From assembly GCA_030390025.1 (NCBI GenBank), contig CM059432.1, positions 41,604,001-41,668,000 on the forward strand: 64,000 nt of DNA. The letters are read 5' to 3'. Each line of letters starts with the position of its first letter. The stretch's first letter is position 1. Source of the DNA: Squalus acanthias. Its lineage: Eukaryota. A model generated the notes under the pieces. It worked only from the letters and a program-made list of their open reading frames with translations, was not told where the DNA came from and searched no databases. Of this stretch, positions 37,061 through 47,500 are shown one piece after another. The translations under genes and the position numbers were made by a program.

Positions 37061-37368
37061 AGTTACCACCACTAGACCCATGTAGCAACCACATCCAACA
37101 GCCACTCTCATTCCCTCCCCGCCCATCCCACTGACACAAAGCAATCTTGCAACCAACCAACCACCCATTGCACATCCAACAATTCATGTATTCCCATTCA
37201 TCAACAAGCAACTGCATTTCCGGGTTTCCTGACGAATTAACGCAAGCAGGTATGATGACATCATGCATGGATCCAATTCAGCTCAGGTATTTAAAAGGAG
37301 CAATGCAAAGATGACAGTTGAAGGTTGGTGGAGGTTGGAGAGACATTAGTTTGGTTGGAGACATTGCT

Positions 37369-37880
37369 TATAAGAACAGAAGAAATAGGAGCAGGAATAG
37401 GCCACTTGGGCCCTCGAGCCTGCTCCGCCATTCAATAAGATCATGGCTGATCTTGGGCTCAAAGCCACTTCCCCGCCCGCTCCCCATAACCCTCCACTCC
37501 CTTATCTTGCAAAGATTTGTCTATCTCCACCTTAAATGTATTTAATGACCCAGCCTCCACAGCTCTCTCTGACAGAGAATTCCACAGATTTACGACCCTC
37601 AGAGAAGAAATTCCTCCTCATCTCAGTACTAAAAGGGCGACCCTTTATTCTAAAACTGTGCCCCCGCGTTCTAGATTTCCCCACGAGGGGAAACATCCTC
37701 TCTGCATCTACCTTGTCGTGCCCCCTCAGTATCTTATATGTTTCAATAAGATCACCTCTCATTCTTCTAAATTCCAATGAGTATAGGCCCAACCTGCTCA
37801 ACCTTTCCTCATAATTCAACCCCCTCATCTCTGGAATTAACTTGGTGAATCGTCTCTGAACTGCCTCTAATGTAAGTATA
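37369..37880 (-). mobile_element. 5'-truncated CR1 LINE
   Basis: Near-identical to the 3' end of the CR1 at 20249-20760. Confidence 0.9.
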
Positions 37881-37889
37881 GTGGGAGAA

Positions 37890-40590
37890 CATAAAATGCA
37901 GTCTCAACCTACGAAAGCTGCCCCTCAATTCAGTGATGCCTCACTGGAACTCCTGCTGCAAGGAGTTAGGGCCTTAGGGAGGTGTTATTCCCTGCTGACG
38001 GGAGGAAGAGGCCAGCCTCAGACACCAAGAAGGCATGGCTGGTGATTGCAGGTGGAGGTGAGCAGCAGGAGTGCGGTGGCATGGTCCTGGATTCAATGCA
38101 GGAAGAGATTTAATGACCTCATGAGGGCAGGAAAGGTGAATACAATGCCACATTCAACTACATCCTGGTGTGTGTCTTACCCAAACCCTCACTCTGCCTT
38201 CCCAAGCCTTCCTCACACCAACGTACCTTGCAGGTGCACCCAGCCCTCTATCGATGCATTTCCTCATATCCCCATCTGACCATCCTTCTGACACTCACCT
38301 TCATCTTAATGCAATGTAACGCCTCTCCCTCAGTCCATTCATTACATGACTCCAGCCGCGATGTGCTCGCTTACAGGGATGATGTCGCAAGCCATGGCTA
38401 TGATGTATTCGTTCATGGAAAGGATCGTCATCTGCATGGTGCATCAAACGCAGCATTCAAACGAATGCATGCTTGCTCTCACTAACAGCTTGCACACTCT
38501 GAATGCCACCTTAACAAGAATGGATAAAAACCTAGACTTGGCCGTTCAGCGCCCCACTGATGTGCAGCCAAGTGCTCTCCAGCTCATTGCTAGCAGGGAA
38601 GTGCGGGTGGGCCATGAGAGGGATGATGGTGAAAGGGGACATAGAAGTGGGGACTCTGCTCAAAGTGCTTCCACTTCTTACCCGTTGCCCACCCCCACCT
38701 CTCCCCCAAGTCAGAGCCCCACATGCTGCCTCGTCTCCTGATGGCAGTCTGCCCCTGCACAGGTGTAGGAGGAGCAGTCCTTGGTGGGGCCCTCATGGGC
38801 TCCAAAACCCAGAGGATGTCAGCCGAAAGCATCTCAGCAGTCAGAGCAGGGAAGTTAGCAGTCTGCCTCTACCTCTGCTGAAGCCACAGGGGTTGCATGA
38901 CGTAGAAGTGGAAGGAAGAGGAAAGTGAAAGAATTCTAGATGCACATGGGTGTGTTAGGCAATGTTGCACGGTCAAGATTATGTTGAAATATGGAGGCAT
39001 ATAAAATTATTTCTTTGCACCACTTTCCCGTCTTGCCCATTTTTTGCCTGCTGCCTGGCAAGTGGTCTTGTCACTTGTAATGAATGGGAAGACATGACTT
39101 AACTGCAAGCAATGGGTGTCTGTGTAAGGACTGGTGGGGAAGTGGGTTCAGCATCTGGGTGCTAAATGGGTGCACTGATGCAACCTAAGTAAATTGTGCC
39201 GTTAAGAGGCCATCCCAGGCAGCAATGTGTGCTGCTGCCGGTGCCATGTCCACATCAAGTTCCTCCTCCTCCTGTTCCTCCTCCGAAGAGACTCTGCAAT
39301 CTATGACTTGCTCCTCCACCAGTTCAAATCCTCACTGCTGCGCTCTGTTGTGCAGAGCGCAGCATACCACGATCATTCTGGAAACTCTGGCTGGTGCATA
39401 TTGAAGGGCTCCTCCAGATCTGTCCAGGCACCTGAAGCACCTCTTCAGCATCCCGATTGCTTGCTCGATTATACATCTCATCGTCATTTGGCTTTGATTG
39501 TAATGGTCTTCAGCCTCATTGCTTGGCCTCATGAGTGTCATCAGCCACGTCTTCAGTGGATACCCCGTCTTCAAGCAGCCAGCCGGTAAGTCTGGTCGGA
39601 GGTGTGAAGAGCTGAGGGAGGGTGGACTGGCACAAGACGAATGAATTATGACCACTCCCTGGGAATCTGGCACACAATACACCTGCATGATGATCTTTTT
39701 GTGGTTGCAAATGAGCTGCACATTGATGGAGTGGACGCCCTTACACTCCTGGGTGATATGGAGGTGCCTTGATCGCCACGTGTGCGGTCGATGATGCACT
39801 GCATGTGTGGGAAACCAGCCAGAGCCGCAAACCCGAGTGTCTGCTCATTCTGACTGGCTTCACTGATGGCAAAATGTACATAACTGCCTGCCCTGGCAAA
39901 CATGGCATCAGGTCACTTGTGGGCAGCCGACTGCGAAATCCTGCAAATATCTCCTGCAGATCCCTGGAAAGAGCCTGGGATGAAGAGGTTGAGGGTGGTG
40001 GTCACTGACAGCCACTGGTAATGTGTCCACCTGGCAGCAGGTCTTCTTCCAGTAGGCTACAGATGTCTGCCACAACCTGACACGATAGCCTGAGCCTCCT
40101 GAGGCTCTGGTGTTCAGTCATGTCCAGGAAGCTGATCCTCTACCTATATACCCAGTGTTGGGGGTATCGCCTCCTGCGAACTGCACTCCTGTGCTCAACC
40201 CCTCTCTCCTGTGGAGCGGCAGGTCGGTCAGGAGAAGGCTGCTGCTGCTCCTGTTGGTGCTCATCTTGGTCCTCATGAGGTCCAAGATGAAACAGCATAA
40301 GCGGCACCCATGCTGATCTGATATGACAGATGTAAAGTGGAGATCAGACGCACAATCTTCCAATGTAGAAAGAGTGACCTCCAATGTACGGAGAGTGACC
40401 TCCAAAGTTGTAGAAGTCATCAGCAAACAAGTGGTGAGAGCAAAAGCCTTTCCCTTAGGCAAGGAAGCAGGTGTGCGGTCTCCGTACTTATCGGATGTTT
40501 TGCCCATCATCTGTTCAGCCCCCTCAATTGCCACTGTGCTCTCGCCTTGCTTTCACTAGCAAGGTCCAAGAAGCCTGGAATCCCGTGCAT
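37890..40590. mobile_element. PIF/Harbinger transposon with convergent Myb/SANT-like gene (+, about 37897-38930) and DDE nuclease gene (-, about 39190-40320), both degraded
   Basis: EVSSRSAVAWSWIQCRKRFNDLMRAGK followed by donor AAG|GTGAAT; minus strand [52 protein letters not shown]. Confidence 0.85.
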
Positions 40591-40619
40591 ACACAGTAAA
40601 ACAGGCTCTTAATTGAGTA

Positions 40620-41155
40620 AGGAAATCTTGCTATAATTGCACAGGGCCTTGGTGAGACCACACCTGAAGTACCATGCACAGTTTTGGTCTCCTTATCTGA
40701 GAAGAATATACTTGCCTTAGAGGGAATGCAACAAAAATTCATTAGATTAATTCCTGGGATGAGAGGGTTGTCCTCTGAGGAGAGATTGAGTAGATTGGGC
40801 CTATACTCTCTGGAGTTTAGAAGAATGAGGTGTGATCTCATTGAAATATACAAGATTCTGAGGGGGATTGACCAGGGTAGATGTTGAGATTATTTCCCCT
40901 GGCTGGAGTCTAGAACTAGGGGACATACTCTCAGGATAAGGGGTCCGCTATTTAAGACTGAGATGAGCAGGAAATTCTTAACAGAGAGTTATGAATCTTT
41001 GGAATTCTGTACCCCAAAGGGCTGTGGATGCTGAATCGCTGAGTATATTAAAGACTGAGATAGACAGATTTTTGGACTCTAGGGGAATCAAGGGATATAG
41101 AGATCGGATGGGAAAGTGGAGTTGAGGTCGAAGGTCAGTCATGAAGGCTCGAAGG
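40620..41155 (+). mobile_element. CR1 3' fragment
   Basis: ILALEGMQQKFIRLIPGMRGLSSEERLSRLGLYSLEFRR. Confidence 0.85.
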
Positions 41156-41167
41156 GGTGTATTTTTT

Positions 41168-41485
41168 CAAATTCATTCTTGGGATGTGGGATGTCAGCAT
41201 TTATTGCCCATCCCTAATTGCCCTTGAGAAGGTGGTGGTGAGCCGCCTTCTTCAACCGCTGCAGTCCGCGTGGTGAAGGTACTCCCATAGTGCTATTAGG
41301 GAGGGAGATGCAGGAATTTGACCCAGCGACGATGAAGGAATGGCGATATATTTTCAAGTCAGGATGGTGTGTAACTTGGAGGGGATGGTGTCTCCATCCG
41401 CCTGCTGCCCTTGTCCTTCTAGGTGGTAGAGGTTGTGGGTTTGGGAAGTGTTGTCGAAGAAACCTTGGCAAGTTGCTGCAGTGCA
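41168..41485 (-). mobile_element. Non-LTR retrotransposon 3' end (CR1/L2-group family with GGGCAATTAGGGATGGGCAATAAATG tail)
   Basis: Same family as 60345-60945 (+) and 63745-64000 (-). Confidence 0.75.
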
Positions 41486-43135
41486 GGGATATACAAGAAT
41501 GGATTAGGAAAAAAAAGGAGGCTTTTGGCAGATACAAAGGACTAAAAACAGTGGAAGCCCTAGAGGAGTATAAAAAGTGCAGGGGGGTACTTAAAAAAGA
41601 AATTAGGAGAGCAAAGAGGGGGAATGAAAAAACACTGGCGGGCAAAATAAAGGAAAATCCCAAGGTGTTTTATAAGTATGTTAAGGGCAAGAGGATAATC
41701 AGGGAAAGAGTAGGGCCCATTAGGGACCAAAGTGACAATCTGTGTGTAGAGCCGGAAGATGTAGGTGAGGTTTTAAATGAATATTTTGCATCTGTGTTCA
41801 CTATGGAGAAGGACGATGTAGGCATAGAAATCAGGCAGGGGGATTGTGATATACTTGAACAAATTAGTATTGAGAGGGAGGAGGTACTAGCGGTTTTAGC
41901 AGGCTTAAAAGTGGATAAATCCCCAGGCCCAGACGAGATGTATCCCAGGCTGCTGTGTGAGGCAAGGGAGGAGATTGCAGGGGCTCTGACACAAATTTTC
42001 AGAACCTCTCTGGCCACAGGGGAGGTGCCAGAGGACTGGAGGACAGCTAACGTAGTACCATTATTCAAGAAGGGTAGTAGGGATAAACCAGGAAATTACA
42101 GGCCAGTGAGCCTAACATCAGTGGTAGGGAAATTATTGGAAAAAATTCTGAGGGACAGAATTAGTCTCCACTTGGAGAGGCAAGGATTAATCAAGGATAG
42201 TCAGCATGGCTTTGTCAAGGGGAGATCATGTCTAACCAATTTGATTGAATTTTGAGAGGGGGTGACTAGGTGTGTGGATGAGGGTAGTGCAGTTGATATA
42301 GTCTACATGGACTTCAGTAAGGCATTTGACAAAGTCCCGCATGGGAGACTGGTCAAGAAGGTAAGGGCACATGGGATCCAGGGCAATTTGGCACATTGGA
42401 TCCAAAATTGGCTTAGTGGCAGGAGGCAGAGGGTGATGGTCGAAGGTTGTTTTTGTGACTGGAAGCCTGTGTCCAGTGATGTACCGCAGGGATCGGTGCT
42501 GGGTCCTTTGCTGTTTGTAGTGTACATTAATGATTTAGATATGAATGTAGGAGGTATGATCAGTAAGTTTGCAGATGACACGAAAATTGGTGGAGTGGTA
42601 AATAGCGAGGAGGGAAGCCTCAGGCTACAGGACGATAGACGGGTTGGTCAGATGGGCAGAACAGTGGCAAATGGAATTTAACCCTGAAAAGTGTGAGGTG
42701 ATGCATTTTGGGAGGACTAACAAGGCAAGGGAATACACAATGAATGGTAGGACCCTAGGAAGGACAGAGGATCAGAGGGACCTTGGTGTGCATGTACATA
42801 AGATCCCTGAAGGCAGCAGGACAGGTAGAGAAGGTGGTTAAAAAGGCATATGGGATACTTGCCTTTATTAGCCGAAGCATAGAATACAAGAGCAGGGAGG
42901 TTATGATGGAGCTGTACAAAACGCTTAGTTAGGCCACAGCTGGAATACTGTGTGCAGTTCTGGTCACCACACTATAGGAGGGATGTGATTGCATTGGAGA
43001 GGGTGCGGAGGAGATTCACCAGGATGTTACCTGGGCTGGAGCGCTTCACCTATGAAGAGAGACTGGACAGGCTGGGGTTGTTTTCCTTAGAGCAGAGAAG
43101 GCTGAGGGGGGACCTGATTGAGGTGTACAAAATTA
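41486..43135 (+). mobile_element. CR1 LINE internal RT region, truncated at both ends
   Basis: ORFs 41290-42255 and 42262-42681 with KSPGPD, NYRPVSL, PQGSVLGP, FADD. Confidence 0.9.
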
Positions 43136-43410
43136 CAACTCCCCCCCATCTTACTAGTTTAAAGCCTTTGCCACGTCCCTGTTTATCCTTTCCGCTAGGA
43201 CACGGGTCCCATCCCGGTTCAGGTGGAGCCCATCCAATCGGTACAGCTCCTTCCTGTCCCAGAACTGGTGCCAGTGTCCCATGAAAAGGAACCCCTCTTT
43301 CCCACACCAGCCCTTTAGCCACATGTTAATTCTCCTGAACCGTCTGCTTTTATGCCAATTTGCACGTGGCTCGGGCAATAATCCAGAGATTATTACCCTC
43401 GAGGTAATAA
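43136..43410 (-). mobile_element. Inverted CR1 ORF1 C-terminal fragment
   Basis: SRVIISGLLPEPRANW...FMGHWHQFW...DGLHLN...KALN*. Confidence 0.8.
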
Positions 43411-43414
43411 TAAC

Positions 43415-44315
43415 TGAAGTATACAGGTGATGTTCCCCAGGGGTCGGTGGTAGGACCACTGCTCTTTTTGATATATATTAATGACCTGGACTTGGGTATA
43501 CAGGGCATAATTTTAAAGCTTGCAGATGACATGAATCTTGGCATTGTAGTAAACAATGTGTAGGATAGTAACAGACTTCATTCAGGAGGACAGAGATAGA
43601 CTGGTGAAATGGGCAGACACATAGAGGATACTTAATGCAGAGAAGTGTGACCTTATACATTGTAGTAAGAAGAACGAGGAGAGGCAATATAAACTAAATT
43701 ATACAATTTTAAAGGAGGTGCAGGAACAGAGAGACCTGGGGTGTATGTACACAAATCTTTGAAGGCGGAAGAACATATTGAGAATGCTGTTAAAAAAGCA
43801 TACGAGATCCTTGGCTTTATTAATAGAGGCATAGAGCACAAAAGCAAGGAAGTTATGCTAGACCATTATAAAACTCTGGTTAGGCCACAGCTGGAGTATT
43901 GTGTTCAATTCTGGATATCACACTTTAGGAAGAATGTCAAGGACATAGAGAGGGTGCAGAAGAGATATCCTAGTATGCTACCAGGGATGAGGGATTTCAG
44001 TTATGTGGAGAGACTGGAGAAGCTGGGATTGTTCTCCTTAGAGCAGAGAAGGTTATGAGGAGATTTGATAGAGGTGTTCAAAATCATGAATGGTTTCGAT
44101 AGAATAAATAAGATGAAACGGTTTCCAGTGGCAGAAGGGTCGGTAACCAGAGGAAACAGATTTAAGATGATGGCAAAAGAACCAGAGGCGACATTTTTTT
44201 TTATATACAGAGTTGTTGTGATCTGGAATGCACTGCCTGAAAGGGTGTCGGAAGTAGATTTAATAGTAACTTTCAAAAGGGAATTGGATAAATCCTTGAA
44301 AGGAAAAAATTGGCT
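43415..44315 (+). mobile_element. Older degraded CR1 3' region
   Basis: [33 protein letters not shown] motifs. Confidence 0.85.
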
Positions 44316-44644
44316 GTAACTAATTGTAACACCGAAGTTCTGATTGGTCCCCTTGGAGGACAAGACACACCCAGCAGATTGTCTAGGATGTGTAATTAGA
44401 TCCTGCCTGCCTGAGTAATCAAGTACTTTGCAAAGTGTAATGTGATCCATTCATTGTGACAGCCAGCTCCAGCGCTCAACAGTGCTAACACTACTGCTTT
44501 CAGAGAAGAGGCAGGGCTCACCCTCCCGGGTTTGCAGCACTCGCACTGCTGAGTTCAGATAGGAAAGGGTGAGGCCATGGAGGGATTTTAACATAAGGAT
44601 GAGGATTTTAAAATCAAGGTGTTGGTGGACAATGTTTCCCCAAT

Positions 44645-44875
44645 ACAAAAGCAAAATACTACGGCTGCTGGAAATCTGAAATAAAAACAGAAAGTGCTGG
44701 AAATACTCAGCAGGTCAGGCAGCATCTGTGGAGAAACAGAGTTAACGTTTCAGGTCGGTGACCTTTCATCAGAACAGATCTGACGAAAGGTCACCGACCT
44801 GAAACGTTAACTCGGGTTCTCTCTCCAGAGATGTTGCCTGACCTGCTGAGTTTTTCCAGCACTTCATTTTTATTT
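44645..44875. mobile_element. Penelope pLTR hairpin insertion (family A) with hammerhead motifs on both strands
   Basis: Long inverted arms centred at about 44777; TSD CAATGTT(T/C)CCC at 44630-44640 and 44876-44886. Confidence 0.85.
44741..44775 (-). ncRNA. Minimal type-I hammerhead ribozyme motif (family A)
   Basis: GUU-CUGAUGA-A-AGGUC-ACC-GACCU-GAAA-CG-UU-AAC: core CUGANGA/GAAA, 5-bp helix II, 3-bp helix I, palindromic ACGU in place of helix III. Confidence 0.7.
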
Positions 44876-45544
44876 CAATGTTCCCCCTAATTTTTTTTTG
44901 GGTGCGCGGTCCCTTTAACAGGCTGCACGGGACCTTCAGACAGCTGCGCAGCTTAGCGAGCACAGGGGTGATGGGTGAATGGGACTTGCTGCGTGTTAGG
45001 ATACGTGCAGCAAATTTTGGATGAGCTCAAGTTTATTGAGGGTGGAATATGGGAGGCTGGCCAGGAGAACGTTGGAATAGTTGAGTCCGGCAAATAACAT
45101 ATAAATGTAATGTTATGCATGTTGTAGGACCAACACAGAATACGCTCTAATTTTTAAAATTTATTTATTGCCCATCCCTAATTGCTCGAGAGCATGGTAG
45201 TGAGCTACCTTCTTGAACTGCTGCGGGCGGGGGAGGAGAGGGCGAATGTGGTGTAGGTGTAAAGGGGGTGGGGGGTGGGGGGTGGAAGACCGTGATCCAG
45301 GCCTAACAAAGGGTGGGAGAATGTAATTTATCTGGATCACGTTCTTGCTCTCATCTACCCCACCCCTTCCTTTAGACCTGGATCACGTTCTTCCTCCTCC
45401 CCACTGTTCTCACTGTTCACTCCCAAACAAGTTTCTGACCTTCTCTCTCCAAGCTCCTGACCTCCTGCTCCCTCTCCAAACTCCTCTCGCCCCGTCCGAT
45501 CCCCTCTCTCTCTCCCCTCCCCCTCCGATCTCCTCCCTCTCTCC

Positions 45545-47500
45545 CTCCGATCCCCTCTTCGCCCCCCCCACTTCCTTCGATCCCCTCTTCGCCCCCCCCA
45601 CTTCCTTCGATCCCCTCTTCGCCCCCCCCACTTCCTTCGATCCCCTCTTCGCCCCCCCCACTTCCTTCGATCCCCTCTTCGCCCCCCCCACTTCCTTCGA
45701 TCTCCTCTTCGCCCCCCCCACTTCCTTCGATCTCCTCTTCGCCCCCCCCCACTTCCTTCGATCTCCTCTTCGCCCCCCCCCACTTCCTTCGATCTCCTCT
45801 TCGCCCCTCCACTTCCTTCGATCCCCTCTTCGCCCCCCCCACTTCCTTCGATCCCCTCTTCGCCCCCCCACTTCCTTCGATCCCCTCTTCGCCCCCCCAC
45901 TTCCTTCGATCCCCTCTTCGCCCCCCCACTTCCTTCGATCCCCTCTTCGCCCCCCCACTTCCTTCGATCCCCTCTTCGCCCCCCCCACTTCCTTCGATCC
46001 CCTCTTCGCCCCCCCACTTCCTTCGATCCCCTCTTCGCCCCCCCACTTCCTTCGATCCCCTCTTCGCCCCCCCACTTCCTTCGATCCCCTCTTCGCCCCC
46101 CCACTTCCTTCGATCCCCTCTTCGCCCCCCCACTTCCTTCGATCCCCTCTTCGCCCCCCCACTTCCTTCGATCCCCTCTTCGCCCCCCCACTTCCTTCGA
46201 TCCCCTCTTCGCCCCCCCACTTCCTTCGATCCCCTCTTCGCCCCCCCACTTCCTTCGATCCCCTCTTCGCCCCCCCACTTCCTTCGATCCCCTCTTCGCC
46301 CCCCCACTTCCTTCGATCCCCTCTTCGCCCCCCCACTTCCTTCGATCCCCTCCGCCCCCCCACTTCCTTCGATCCCCTCTTCGCCCCCCCACTTCCTTCG
46401 ATCCCCTCTTCGCCCCCCCACTTCCTTCGATCCCCTCTTCGCCCCCCCACTTCCTTCGATCCCCTCTTCGCCCCCCCACTTCCTTCGATCCCCTCTTCGC
46501 CCCCCCACTTCCTTCGATCCCCTCTTCGCCCCCCCACTTCCTTCGATCCCCTCTTCGCCCCCCCACTTCCTTCGATCCCCTCTTCGCCCCCCCACTTCCT
46601 TCGATCCCCTCTTCGCCCCCCCACTTCCTTCGATCCCCTCTTCGCCCCCCCACTTCCTTCGATCCCCTCTTCGCCCCCCCACTTCCTTCGATCCCCTCTT
46701 CGCCCCCCCACTTCCTTCGATCCCCTCTTCGCCCCCCCACTTCCTTCGATCCCCTCTTCGCCCCCCCACTTCCTTCGATCCCCTCTTCGCCCCCCCACTT
46801 CCTTCGATCCCCTCTTCGCCCCCCCACTTCCTTCGATCCCCTCTTCGCCCCCCCACTTCCTTCGATCCCCTCTTCGCCCCCCCACTTCCTTCGATCCCCT
46901 CTTCGCCCCCCCACTCCCTTCGATCCCCTCTTCGCCCCCCCACTCCCTTCGATCCCCTCTTCGCCCCCCCCACTCCCTTCGATCCCCTCTTCGCCCCCCC
47001 CACTTCCTTCGATCCCCTCTTCGCCCCCCCACTTCCTTCGATCCCCTCTTCGCCCCCCCACTTCCTTCGATCCCCTTCGCCCCCACTTCCTTCGATCCCC
47101 TCTTCGCCCCCCCCACTTCCTTCGATCCCCTCTTCGCCCCCCCCACTTCCTTCGATCCCCTCTTCGCCCCCCCCCACTTCCTTCGATCCCCTCTTCGCCC
47201 CCCCCCACTTCCTTCGATCTCCTCTTCGCCCCTCCACTTCCTTCGATCCCCTCTTCGCCCCCCCACTTCCTTCGATCCCCTCTTCGCCCCCCCACTTCCT
47301 TCGATCCCCTCTTCGCCCCCCCACTTCCTTCGATCCCCTCTTCGCCCCCCCCACTTCCTTCGATCCCCTCTTCGCCCCCCCACTTCCTTCGATCTCCTCT
47401 TCGCCCCCCCCACTTCCTTCGATCCCCTCTTCACCCCCCCCCCCCACTTCCTTCGATCCCCTCTTCACACCCCCCCCCTTTCTTCGATCCCCTCTTCGCC
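45545..47500. repeat. Minisatellite, about 29-30 bp unit ACTTCCTTCGATCCCCTCTTCG(C)7-9, roughly 65 copies
   Basis: Directly visible tandem array; the top strand is almost entirely pyrimidine. Confidence 0.97.

Larger units (their letters stand above)
44560..45090 (-). mobile_element. L2-like LINE fragment interrupted by a hAT MITE and a Penelope hairpin
   Basis: HLDFKILILMLKSLHGL-like L2 C-terminal sequence; continues after 44957. Confidence 0.55.

Noticed and set aside
35782..40320. Host genes HARBI1 or NAIF1/MSANTD
   Set aside because: Multiple frameshifted copies in transposon layout indicate decayed elements, not domesticated genes.
45545..47500. CRISPR-like array (unit about 29-30 bp)
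   Set aside because: No unique spacers, no cas genes, and the context is eukaryotic.
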